A stretch of 64,000 nucleotides of DNA, taken from the IMG/VR virus record IMGVR_UViG_3300028025_006190, positions 1-64,000 of that record; one strand, written 5' to 3'. This stretch comes from a virus. Shown here piece by piece: positions 19,704 to 28,229 of the stretch. The notes under the pieces are model-generated. The model was not told where the DNA came from and ran no database searches. It saw nothing but the letters and a program-made list of their open reading frames with translations. The translations under genes and the position numbers were made by a program. The stretch's first letter is position 1, and every line of letters starts with the position of its first letter.

Positions 19704-20213
19704 ATGGTAAACAAAAATATTGACGTATATGACATTGATCCAGATGCATTTAGCCTAAGTAACATGATGCAGGGCGTCCTGGATCGAGTAATTTCTCTCT
19801 ACGAGTCGTACGGTATGCCGCTGCCTACTAGACGCTATTGGACTATGGGTACCCCCGCGGTGGACTGCGAGCAACTAGTTGTGAGTTTTGTTCAGATGTA
19901 CCTCGGTGCTCCGGGGGATGAAGCAGCTACACCACAGAGGTGTCACGTCCCGAGAAGTGCTGTTGTTACTGTTTCTGTTGTACGACAGATCCCCGTAATA
20001 GGGACAAGTGGCCGCACTCCGGCTGGAGAAAAGATTCAAGACTATTCTGTATGGTCTGCCCTAGATGCGTGGATCCTTATGGCTTCCGTAAATCTTCTAG
20101 ATCAGTGGGAAGAAGGTGGCTATGGACCAGGTGTTATTGCCACACTTAACTCCGTCGAGCCTCAGGGTGGATATCAAACTATCAACCTACAAATCACGAT
20201 GGCAGTCCCCTAG
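19704..20213 (+). CDS. Head-tail joining / tail terminator-like protein
   Basis: PAVDCEQLVV...PQGG pattern; position between the adaptor and neck genes. Confidence 0.55.
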   Translation: MVNKNIDVYDIDPDAFSLSNMMQGVLDRVISLYESYGMPLPTRRYWTMGTPAVDCEQLVVSFVQMYLGAPGDEAATPQRCHVPRSAVVTVSVVRQIPVIGTSGRTPAGEKIQDYSVWSALDAWILMASVNLLDQWEEGGYGPGVIATLNSVEPQGGYQTINLQITMAVP

Positions 20214-20221
20214 GAGATCTG

Positions 20222-20623
20222 ATGATAGAAATTGAAAGAACACTATTAGTTCAAAACAAACCAGATCTAGATAATTTTCTAAATAATCCCCAGGGTGAAG
20301 TTGGTCAGTGGCTCAGGAAACGTGGCCACATGATGATGATGGCTGCCAAAGCTCAGGTCCCAACAGGAACTGGAAAACTAAGGGCCTCTATTAAAATGAT
20401 CCACAGCCGAAATGGGTTGGGTCAATATATTGACATAGGGTCAAATCTTAATTACGCCCTGTACGTTCATGAAGGCACCCGGCCCCATGAAATTGTCCCC
20501 GAGAATAATAAAGTTTTAAGGTTTTCTGGCGGAGGTCGGGTTATCTATACGCACAAAGTAGAGCACCCCGGGACACGTCCTAATAAATATTTGTCGGACC
20601 AACTCTGGATGTTGAAAATCTAG
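20222..20623 (+). CDS. HK97 gp10-like neck/tail completion protein
   Basis: TGKLRASI, YALYVHEGTRPH and HPGTRPNKYL motifs. Confidence 0.75.
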   Translation: MIEIERTLLVQNKPDLDNFLNNPQGEVGQWLRKRGHMMMMAAKAQVPTGTGKLRASIKMIHSRNGLGQYIDIGSNLNYALYVHEGTRPHEIVPENNKVLRFSGGGRVIYTHKVEHPGTRPNKYLSDQLWMLKI

Positions 20624-20677
20624 TACAATAAATATGAGGAAACTCCTCAATGACATTACTAGAAAGAAACTAAAAAG

Positions 20678-21016
20678 ATGGCTAGATTTAAAGACTTTGG
20701 ATCTTCTGTTGGTGTAGATCTTGACGCAGAACCAGTAAAGTTTAAGCTTTACGACGAAGAATTCACTTGTGTACCTCAGGTACAGGGGAAGGTTCTTCTC
20801 GAGCTTGTCGCCGAGTCCTCGAGCGAAGACGCTGTTCGTTCTTCTGCTGTTATCGACAAGTTCTTTAAGTATGTCCTAGAAGCGGAAAGCTACACTCGAT
20901 TTGACGCACTTGTGCACGATAAGCACAAAATTGTTTCGGTTGAGACCCTAGCGGAGATCACTGGCTGGCTTGTCGAGGAGTACACGAACCGCCCGGAACA
21001 GCAGCCAGAGGCTTAG
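20678..21016 (+). CDS. Tail assembly chaperone (gpG-like)
   Basis: Small ORF two genes upstream of the tape measure gene; GAAAG RBS. Confidence 0.7.
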   Translation: MARFKDFGSSVGVDLDAEPVKFKLYDEEFTCVPQVQGKVLLELVAESSSEDAVRSSAVIDKFFKYVLEAESYTRFDALVHDKHKIVSVETLAEITGWLVEEYTNRPEQQPEA

Positions 21017-21063
21017 TCACTTGGGCTATTGACCTCTGGCCATACGTAAACGGAAAAGCTCTT

Positions 21064-21429
21064 GTGCACGGACTAAATTTATTACAGATGAATGCATCAA
21101 ATATGGTAGACGTCCTGCACTACTTTTTCGAAGAAGACATGTTTTATTCCAGTGCCGAACAGGCCGAGGCTCGTGATGAGACTCGAAAGAAGATGTACTC
21201 CCAGATGTACGGGATGACATATAAATATGCTGGAACAAAGTCAAACCGTTCCGGTTCTACAACATATGGGGGAGAAGCTTATGACTTCTCTGACGATGTA
21301 CCGGTGACTGAAGACATTAAGCCGTTCAACCCCAAGAAGAACCCCACAAAATCATTTATTCCGCCTACGCAGATGGATCCCGAGTCATCAAGACCATTTG
21401 GCATTGATCTAGACGCCCCCCTGAGATAA
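21064..21429 (+). CDS. Tail assembly chaperone extension (gpT-like), probably reached by -1 frameshift
   Basis: Its frame is open from 20944, overlapping the end of the previous ORF in the -1 frame; there is no clear RBS at 21064. Confidence 0.6.
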   Translation: MHGLNLLQMNASNMVDVLHYFFEEDMFYSSAEQAEARDETRKKMYSQMYGMTYKYAGTKSNRSGSTTYGGEAYDFSDDVPVTEDIKPFNPKKNPTKSFIPPTQMDPESSRPFGIDLDAPLR

Positions 21430-21444
21430 GAGAGAAGGTGAGCC

Positions 21445-24400
21445 ATGGCTGTTGTTGGTAGCGCTAATCTTATAGCGCGAGTACTTACCGACCGAATAGA
21501 TGAAGATCTACGTCGTGGCTTTTCCGACTCTAATCTCAAGGGGACGCACATCCAGGTCCGTCGTGCCGGAGAACGAATAAATAAGTCACTCATGGACACC
21601 TTTAGAAATGCTAGAGGTAGAAATCCATTTGAAAAGATCGCTAATGGACTCAGGGAACTAGCCCCGGGGGCAGAAGCGGCTGCGCTTAAGTTTAGATCTT
21701 TGACAAGAGCAAACCTTACCCTAGGAACTGCCCTAAACGTACTACTTGGTGGTCTATTTAGCGTACTCGGCGGGTTAACGTCTCTAGCAGGTGCGGCAGG
21801 AGGTGCGGCCGCTTCGTTAGGTGTTGTAGCAAATGGGGCATTTGCCTTAGTCGCTGGAATGATAGCAGCCTCGGTGGCCCTCCGAGGGGTTGGTAGGGCT
21901 CTTGGGGCCCTTAATAGGCAGTCTGCAGGGGCAGCTGACAATACTAGACAGGTGCAGCAAGCCGAGCAGGCTCTCGCACAGACTATTGAACGTAACCGAG
22001 AAACATTAATCAATGCAAATAACGAGGTTCGTAGATCTCAGCTTGCCCTGAATGAAGCAATTAAACAGGGCCAAGAAGAAATCCAACAACTTGGGTTCGA
22101 TGCCGAAGAAGCTGCTCTTTCTGAGAGCAGAGCTGCCCTCGAGCTAGACAAGGCTCGAGAGATACTTGCTCGTACCCAGGACCTTCCGCCAAACTCTCGT
22201 GCCCGCAAAGAAGCCGAGCTCGCTTTCCAAGAAGCAGAGCTAAATCTTCGAAGAGCAAAAGACAGATCTTCTGATCTCAATGAAGAGCAGGATCGTCTCG
22301 CTAAGACTGGAGTCTCTGGTACCCAGGTAGTTATTGACGCGACGAACGACTTAGCAGAGGCAGAAGCCAACAAAGCAAGAGTTGTTAGAGATGGAATTAG
22401 GGATCAGATCGCGGCTCTTGATGCACTCACCGCTGCGCAGGAGAGAGCAGCTGGTGGGGGTGGAGCAAACCCACTTGAAGGACTCAATGAGGCTCAAATA
22501 ACTTTTGTTCGGTTCTTGCAGTCAATTCAGCCTAGGCTCAAGGAACTTAAAGCCGCCATTTCTGGTGCGTTTCTCGTTCCTCTGCAAGAGGCAATTACAG
22601 TCTTAGTAGACAAAGCACTTCCCACCATTGAAACAGGAATGGTAAGGGTGGCCGGAGCAACCGGAACTGCAGCGAAGTATTTTGCGAATGCTGTGGCCGA
22701 TGGTACAAACCTAGCTAACTTAGGAAAAGTTTTCGAGAGCTCGGGAAAAATTATTGAGATCTTCGGTAAAGCTGCCGGAAGCCTATACGGGGCTCTTCTC
22801 TCTGTAATGGTAAATCTAATACCTGCTGCAGAACAATTTGCAAACTTCCTAGACTCTACGTTTGGAAAATTTGACGCCTACATGAAGGACGTCAAAAATC
22901 AGCCAGCTATTACAGACTTTTTTGAGCGGTCCAAAAATGCTCTTGCAGACTTCGGTGAGATTTTCGGCAACATCTTTGGTGGCTTTGGGAAGATCATTAA
23001 CGCCAACCTGGGTCCAGGTACTGGCGGTCAACTTCTTCTTGATTGGCTAAAAGAGTCAACTCAAAGGTTCCAGGATATGGACTCCACATTTGATGGAGCC
23101 GGCGGTATGCGCCAGTTTTTCCGAGATGTTGCTCAAAATACTAAGTCCATTATGCAGTCGATCGGTGCCCTGCTTGGGGAACTGATCAAACTCGGGGCTA
23201 ATCCGGCTATCGGCGAGACTTTTGACATTTTAAAGGCCGGGGCACCCTTTATTGGCATAATGGCAAAAGAAGCCGTTGAATCAGGCCCGGCAATGGCAAA
23301 CTTGATTGTTGTTTTGTCCGAAATCGGATCACTTCTTGCTGATTCCTCGGTGGCCGATGCTTTCTTCCAACCAATGATTTTCCTTGCGGAAAAAGTCAGA
23401 GATGTCTTAAAGAACGAGACAGTCCAAGCAATTCTGGATGTGCTAGGGCCCATATTTGGATTTATAGCTGGTGTCGGCGTTATGGCCCAGTTGGCTGGAT
23501 TTCTTGCTTTAGTTGTTGTTGGGAAAGTTATTCCCGCGTTTGCCGCCCTAGGCAAGGTGTTTGCTTTCATAGCTGCAAACCCAATAATTGTTGTTCTTGC
23601 TGCTCTTGCTGCTTTAATGGTTTATTTGTATACCACCAACGAAGAGTTTGCTGCGTCACTCAATCAAGTATTTAGCGAAATCTCTGCAGCATTTAGTGGG
23701 GTAATGTCAGAAATTGGTCCGCAAATAGCAGCGGCTTTCTCTGAGCTAGGCCCAATTCTGGCTGATCTTGCCCTCGCACTTGGAGAGGTAATACTAACTA
23801 TTCTCCCGCTTCTGATCCCGCTTATTCAAATAATTGCCCCGCTAATTGGCTCACTAGTCGAGCTGTTCGGTGGGCTAGTTACTATTTTGGCTGGCGTTCT
23901 TCTCGATACGATCAATGCGCTATTGCCGACCCTTGAGCTTCTCGTCAAGTCATTTGGAGACATAGTAGTTGCCATTATGCCTCTAGTTAAGGATTTACTT
24001 GATGCACTGGTTCCGGCCTTCCTTGAAATCGTTGAGGCTATCCTGCCACTTATCCCAATTCTTCTTGACGCTCTTCTTCCCGTATTTAATCAATTGGTGG
24101 AAGCTATTGTTCCAGTAGTTCTTCAATTGGCTGAGCATCTTATTCCGGTGATCCAACAATTAGCAGAATTTATAGGACCAGTAGCTGCGATAGTTGCTGA
24201 AGCGATTGGACAGCTAGCTCCAATATTCCTCGGTCTTATTCAACAGATGATGCCACTTGTTGGGGTTATTATTGACACACTTATTCCGGCATTTATGGCA
24301 ATAGTAGATGCTGTTATGCCTGTAGCTTTGAGTATCATAGAAGCGTTGCTTCCGGTAATTATTCAGCTTATGGACGCTCTTCTTCCACTAATAACTATGA

Positions 24401-25110
24401 TTATTGAAGCCCTAGTACCTGTATTTTTGATGCTCGCAGAGGCAATTGTTCCACTAATCGAATTGATTCTTCCGCCACTAGTTAGCCTAATTGAGATGCT
24501 TATGCCAGTTATTCAATTGCTTGCTGATCTTCTAATAGGGCCCCTCTCCTTCGCCATCGGAATTCTATCTGGGCTGTTCAAACTCCTGACTGGAGACTTT
24601 GAGGGTGCCGGTAAGGTATTTGGTGACGTATTCCAGGGGATGCTCGACTTTGGTAAAAAAATTGTTAATGACCTCATTGGTATCTTTGAGGGAATGATCA
24701 ACTTCGTCATTGACGGATTCAATAGAATGATCGACTTTATTAATAGTCTAAAAATTGAAGTACCCGACTGGGTCCCCCTTATTGGCGGTCAGACCCTGAG
24801 CCTAAATATCCCTCGTATTGGGAGGGTGTCAATCCCGCGTCTTGCTGAGGGTGGAGTGGTCCCCGCCCGCGCCGGAGGCACCCTTGCTCAGGTTGCCGAA
24901 GCGGGTCGCCCAGAGCGGATCGAGCCCCTCGATGCAAACGGTATGTCTAAGCGTGACCGATTCATTGTCGATCTGATTAAATCTCAACAGGGTGACCAAA
25001 AAGGTATTAATATTACAGTAAACCCATCACCGGGTATGGACGAACAAGCACTGGCACAGGCCGTGTCTCGTCAATTGGCTTTCGAGATGCGTAGAGGTTC
25101 GGTTTACTAA
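21445..25110 (+). CDS. Tape measure protein
   Basis: 1221 aa; Ala/Leu-rich helical sequence with a coiled coil, a hydrophobic core and ~11-aa periodic L/I/P repeats; C-terminal PRLAEGGVV...AEAGRPE. Confidence 0.92.
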   Translation: MAVVGSANLIARVLTDRIDEDLRRGFSDSNLKGTHIQVRRAGERINKSLMDTFRNARGRNPFEKIANGLRELAPGAEAAALKFRSLTRANLTLGTALNVLLGGLFSVLGGLTSLAGAAGGAAASLGVVANGAFALVAGMIAASVALRGVGRALGALNRQSAGAADNTRQVQQAEQALAQTIERNRETLINANNEVRRSQLALNEAIKQGQEEIQQLGFDAEEAALSESRAALELDKAREILARTQDLPPNSRARKEAELAFQEAELNLRRAKDRSSDLNEEQDRLAKTGVSGTQVVIDATNDLAEAEANKARVVRDGIRDQIAALDALTAAQERAAGGGGANPLEGLNEAQITFVRFLQSIQPRLKELKAAISGAFLVPLQEAITVLVDKALPTIETGMVRVAGATGTAAKYFANAVADGTNLANLGKVFESSGKIIEIFGKAAGSLYGALLSVMVNLIPAAEQFANFLDSTFGKFDAYMKDVKNQPAITDFFERSKNALADFGEIFGNIFGGFGKIINANLGPGTGGQLLLDWLKESTQRFQDMDSTFDGAGGMRQFFRDVAQNTKSIMQSIGALLGELIKLGANPAIGETFDILKAGAPFIGIMAKEAVESGPAMANLIVVLSEIGSLLADSSVADAFFQPMIFLAEKVRDVLKNETVQAILDVLGPIFGFIAGVGVMAQLAGFLALVVVGKVIPAFAALGKVFAFIAANPIIVVLAALAALMVYLYTTNEEFAASLNQVFSEISAAFSGVMSEIGPQIAAAFSELGPILADLALALGEVILTILPLLIPLIQIIAPLIGSLVELFGGLVTILAGVLLDTINALLPTLELLVKSFGDIVVAIMPLVKDLLDALVPAFLEIVEAILPLIPILLDALLPVFNQLVEAIVPVVLQLAEHLIPVIQQLAEFIGPVAAIVAEAIGQLAPIFLGLIQQMMPLVGVIIDTLIPAFMAIVDAVMPVALSIIEALLPVIIQLMDALLPLITMIIEALVPVFLMLAEAIVPLIELILPPLVSLIEMLMPVIQLLADLLIGPLSFAIGILSGLFKLLTGDFEGAGKVFGDVFQGMLDFGKKIVNDLIGIFEGMINFVIDGFNRMIDFINSLKIEVPDWVPLIGGQTLSLNIPRIGRVSIPRLAEGGVVPARAGGTLAQVAEAGRPERIEPLDANGMSKRDRFIVDLIKSQQGDQKGINITVNPSPGMDEQALAQAVSRQLAFEMRRGSVY

Positions 25111-28100
25111 TGGCTAGGCAAAATCTACTTACCAACCCCAACTTCTCCCTTAGTACTGGGTGGAGGGGGCGTGAAGGTGCCACAATCCTCTTTACTCACT
25201 TCCTCGGTCGAACCTGCGTAGAGGTGACAAAGAAAGATACCCCCAAATCTGGCGTCGAGACAATTGACTACATTCCTATATTACAAAATCCAGCAAATCT
25301 TCCATATGCATATTCTGCCTATATCTATATTCCAACAGGTCAGCCCTCAGGAGAGTTTGTTGTCTCTATTGAGTGGTACACGTTTAGCTCTGGCACATAC
25401 ACCTCAATCCTAGAGACACAGTCTGATCCAACAGAACTCAGCTCCGGGATTGGTGAGTGGACCAGACTAACTCAGGTGACTGCAGCACCTAACAACGCGA
25501 CCCATGCAAAGTTCCGCATCTACCAAACACAGACGGGGACAAATGAAGCAAAGTTCCTAGCGGACTACGCCCTATTTGAGCAGTCAAGCTTTGTTGGTGG
25601 ATTTATTGATAATCTTACCCAGGCACAAGAGACGCAGATTGTTGACCGAGCACTTTCGATATATGAAGACGACTCTCACATAACTAAATTGCAGCTCAAT
25701 GCTGATGTTCAGATTGGGGATTTTGTCTTCAATACGATTGATGAAGATCAGATTATCTGGATTTGCACAGACATTGAGGGATGGTGGAATACTGCCACAC
25801 CCGAGACACCCAACATTCCTCGAGGTTTCCAAGACGGATCTTACGACGTATCCGGGAGATACGCTGCAAGAGATCTCACTCTAACGGGAGTATTCATTCC
25901 ACAAGGGCCAGGCGATGTGGGAGTTGGACGACAGAAACTGTTGGCGGCAATTGATCTAGTTCGTCAAGGTGCTTGGCTGCGGACAAGTGAGGAGCCAACA
26001 AGAGCATCTTTTGTTCGCCTCACCGGTAGACCGCAAATTCAGACAGTAAATGCTCGAGGCCGAACAGAGTTCTCGATTGCTCTTCGTGCGGGTGACCCAA
26101 TTAAATACAAGTGGGATGACACCAAAATTGATGGAATTAGTTCTCAAGAAATAGATCTTGCGTCGGAAGCTCCAGACGATTTTGGAACTTTGAGCATCAT
26201 CAATGAAGGCGATGCTACGGTAACGGCAAAGCTAATTTTTACCGGCCCGCTAGGTTCTGGGTCTACTGTAGAGGTCTATCACGAAAACAGTGGTACAACT
26301 GAGGTGATGACACTCATCGAGCCTCTCCGCAGTAACGGTGCCGTCGCTACAGTGACTGACGTCGAGATCACAAACAATGTTGCTCTTGTTACTACAGAAG
26401 AAGCTCACGGTCTATCTATTGGTGAGGTTGTGTCTATTGTTTCTACAATAAATGACGATGTTAACGTCAGTTCAGCCACAATTTCTTCAGTTACGGACAC
26501 ACTTCCATACACTCTGAGCTACACAATCACACATCCCGTCGATGACTTCCCCAAAGAAACTTCTGGCGGGACCGTTAATCTAGTATCAAAAGACGTGATG
26601 GTAGTGGACAACTACCACAGAAATGTCACACTAAATGGCGATGAAACAGGCTACAGATCAAAGCTAGATACTTTGACTGATTGGATAACACTCGAGCCTG
26701 GTCTAAATACTTTTACCTTCACTGACAGTATTGATCCGGATTCTGTAAGACTTAAATACTATGACGGAACTACAAATAAAATTACGCTAACAACAACAGA
26801 TTCTCATTTTCTTACTCAAAATAATGTTATATCTATTGAGTTTCCTACATATGCAGAAATTGCATTTAAAGAAGTTACTAGCAATATAGTCACTATTACC
26901 ACAGCTAACTCACACGGATTTTCTGTCGGAGATCAAATAGAGGTGAGTACAACCCTAAGTACCACCGTCACACAAAAAGAGATAACTTCTAATACTGCCA
27001 CCCTTACCGTGGCAGATGGCTCAGCAATTTCTGACAATGATGTTGTCTCTGTGTCGATCCCTGCTACTGCTCAGGTTATAGCAAAGAGTCGTTCGGGGGA
27101 CTTGATAACTCTTACTACCTCAAATGCCGCCACTGGCCACGGATTCTCCAATGGAGACGAGGTGACAGTTGGATTCCCGCTAAGTGCACTAGCGACAAAT
27201 AAGCAACTTATTGACAATGTGGCAACTATTACTACGGCCCAGAACCATAACTTTGTGCTGAATGATGAAATAAATGTAGCATTTCCGGAGACAACCAGTG
27301 TCAACCAGAAAACTGTATCTGACACCCAGGTAACCCTCAGGACCGCCACGGATCATGGGTTTTCTGTGGGGGACAGAATCACTGTTGCACTCCCCACGGG
27401 ATCAGCGGTCACACTAAGTGACTCTAGAAAATATGGTGGTGCAGCATATCTAGGTGTGACGTTTATACAGTCCTCGGGTGTAACTAGAACTCTAACTACA
27501 ACTGATCCCCACAACTTTGCAGCAGGAGATCAAATTTACGTTGCAAGTATAAATACCGACTACAACGGAACACACACCATCATCAATACCCCCACCACCA
27601 CGACACTTACATATGATGTGACTGGTGGAACTTCTATAACTAATGCGTCACCGATCTCCACTGACGGAATAGGTACCGTAACAAACACCACTACGAGCTA
27701 CCGAGTAACACTCAATACCGCAGCAGCACACAACTTTTCAGTTGGAGACTCGATCTTGGTGGGTGTTGGACTCCCGACTACAGCCACTATAACCAACAGA
27801 CTAGCCAGCTCTACTGAGTGCACACTCACATCAGCTGCGCACAAATACAGCGTTGGTGAAGTGATCACTGTGGCCCTGACGGGTTCTGGTGTAGATAGGT
27901 ACAACGGAACATTTGCTATCTCTGCTGTGGCCACCGACACGTTTACTTATGTGTTTGCTGGAGCTAGTGAATCATCTATCGCGGCCACTGGCTCGGTAAC
28001 TAACTTGACGATCCAAAATATCTACAATGGAACAAAAGTTATTGATACGGTCCCGACTAATAGTTCTTTCACCTATTTGGTTTATGGACAAGACTCGTAC

Positions 28101-28226
28101 ACAACGAGTACAAAGGCAGGATCTAGTGCATCTATCTCTAATCTGACGAATACTGCACTTAATGGAACAAATTTAGTTCTTACGGCAGCTTCCGGTACGA
28201 CTCTTCAATACACAAGGACGGTTTAG
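25110..28226 (+). CDS. Distal tail (Dit-like) protein, N-terminal part, with a carbohydrate-binding-like domain and nested beta-domain halves
   Basis: First gene after the tape measure gene. NLLTNPNF N-terminal module; Dit-like IEGWW...DG...GRY.AR.LTL.G...DPIKY and WITLEPGLN; repeated xHGFSVGD units. Confidence 0.75.
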   Translation: MARQNLLTNPNFSLSTGWRGREGATILFTHFLGRTCVEVTKKDTPKSGVETIDYIPILQNPANLPYAYSAYIYIPTGQPSGEFVVSIEWYTFSSGTYTSILETQSDPTELSSGIGEWTRLTQVTAAPNNATHAKFRIYQTQTGTNEAKFLADYALFEQSSFVGGFIDNLTQAQETQIVDRALSIYEDDSHITKLQLNADVQIGDFVFNTIDEDQIIWICTDIEGWWNTATPETPNIPRGFQDGSYDVSGRYAARDLTLTGVFIPQGPGDVGVGRQKLLAAIDLVRQGAWLRTSEEPTRASFVRLTGRPQIQTVNARGRTEFSIALRAGDPIKYKWDDTKIDGISSQEIDLASEAPDDFGTLSIINEGDATVTAKLIFTGPLGSGSTVEVYHENSGTTEVMTLIEPLRSNGAVATVTDVEITNNVALVTTEEAHGLSIGEVVSIVSTINDDVNVSSATISSVTDTLPYTLSYTITHPVDDFPKETSGGTVNLVSKDVMVVDNYHRNVTLNGDETGYRSKLDTLTDWITLEPGLNTFTFTDSIDPDSVRLKYYDGTTNKITLTTTDSHFLTQNNVISIEFPTYAEIAFKEVTSNIVTITTANSHGFSVGDQIEVSTTLSTTVTQKEITSNTATLTVADGSAISDNDVVSVSIPATAQVIAKSRSGDLITLTTSNAATGHGFSNGDEVTVGFPLSALATNKQLIDNVATITTAQNHNFVLNDEINVAFPETTSVNQKTVSDTQVTLRTATDHGFSVGDRITVALPTGSAVTLSDSRKYGGAAYLGVTFIQSSGVTRTLTTTDPHNFAAGDQIYVASINTDYNGTHTIINTPTTTTLTYDVTGGTSITNASPISTDGIGTVTNTTTSYRVTLNTAAAHNFSVGDSILVGVGLPTTATITNRLASSTECTLTSAAHKYSVGEVITVALTGSGVDRYNGTFAISAVATDTFTYVFAGASESSIAATGSVTNLTIQNIYNGTKVIDTVPTNSSFTYLVYGQDSYTTSTKAGSSASISNLTNTALNGTNLVLTAASGTTLQYTRTV

Positions 28227-28229
28227 TAA

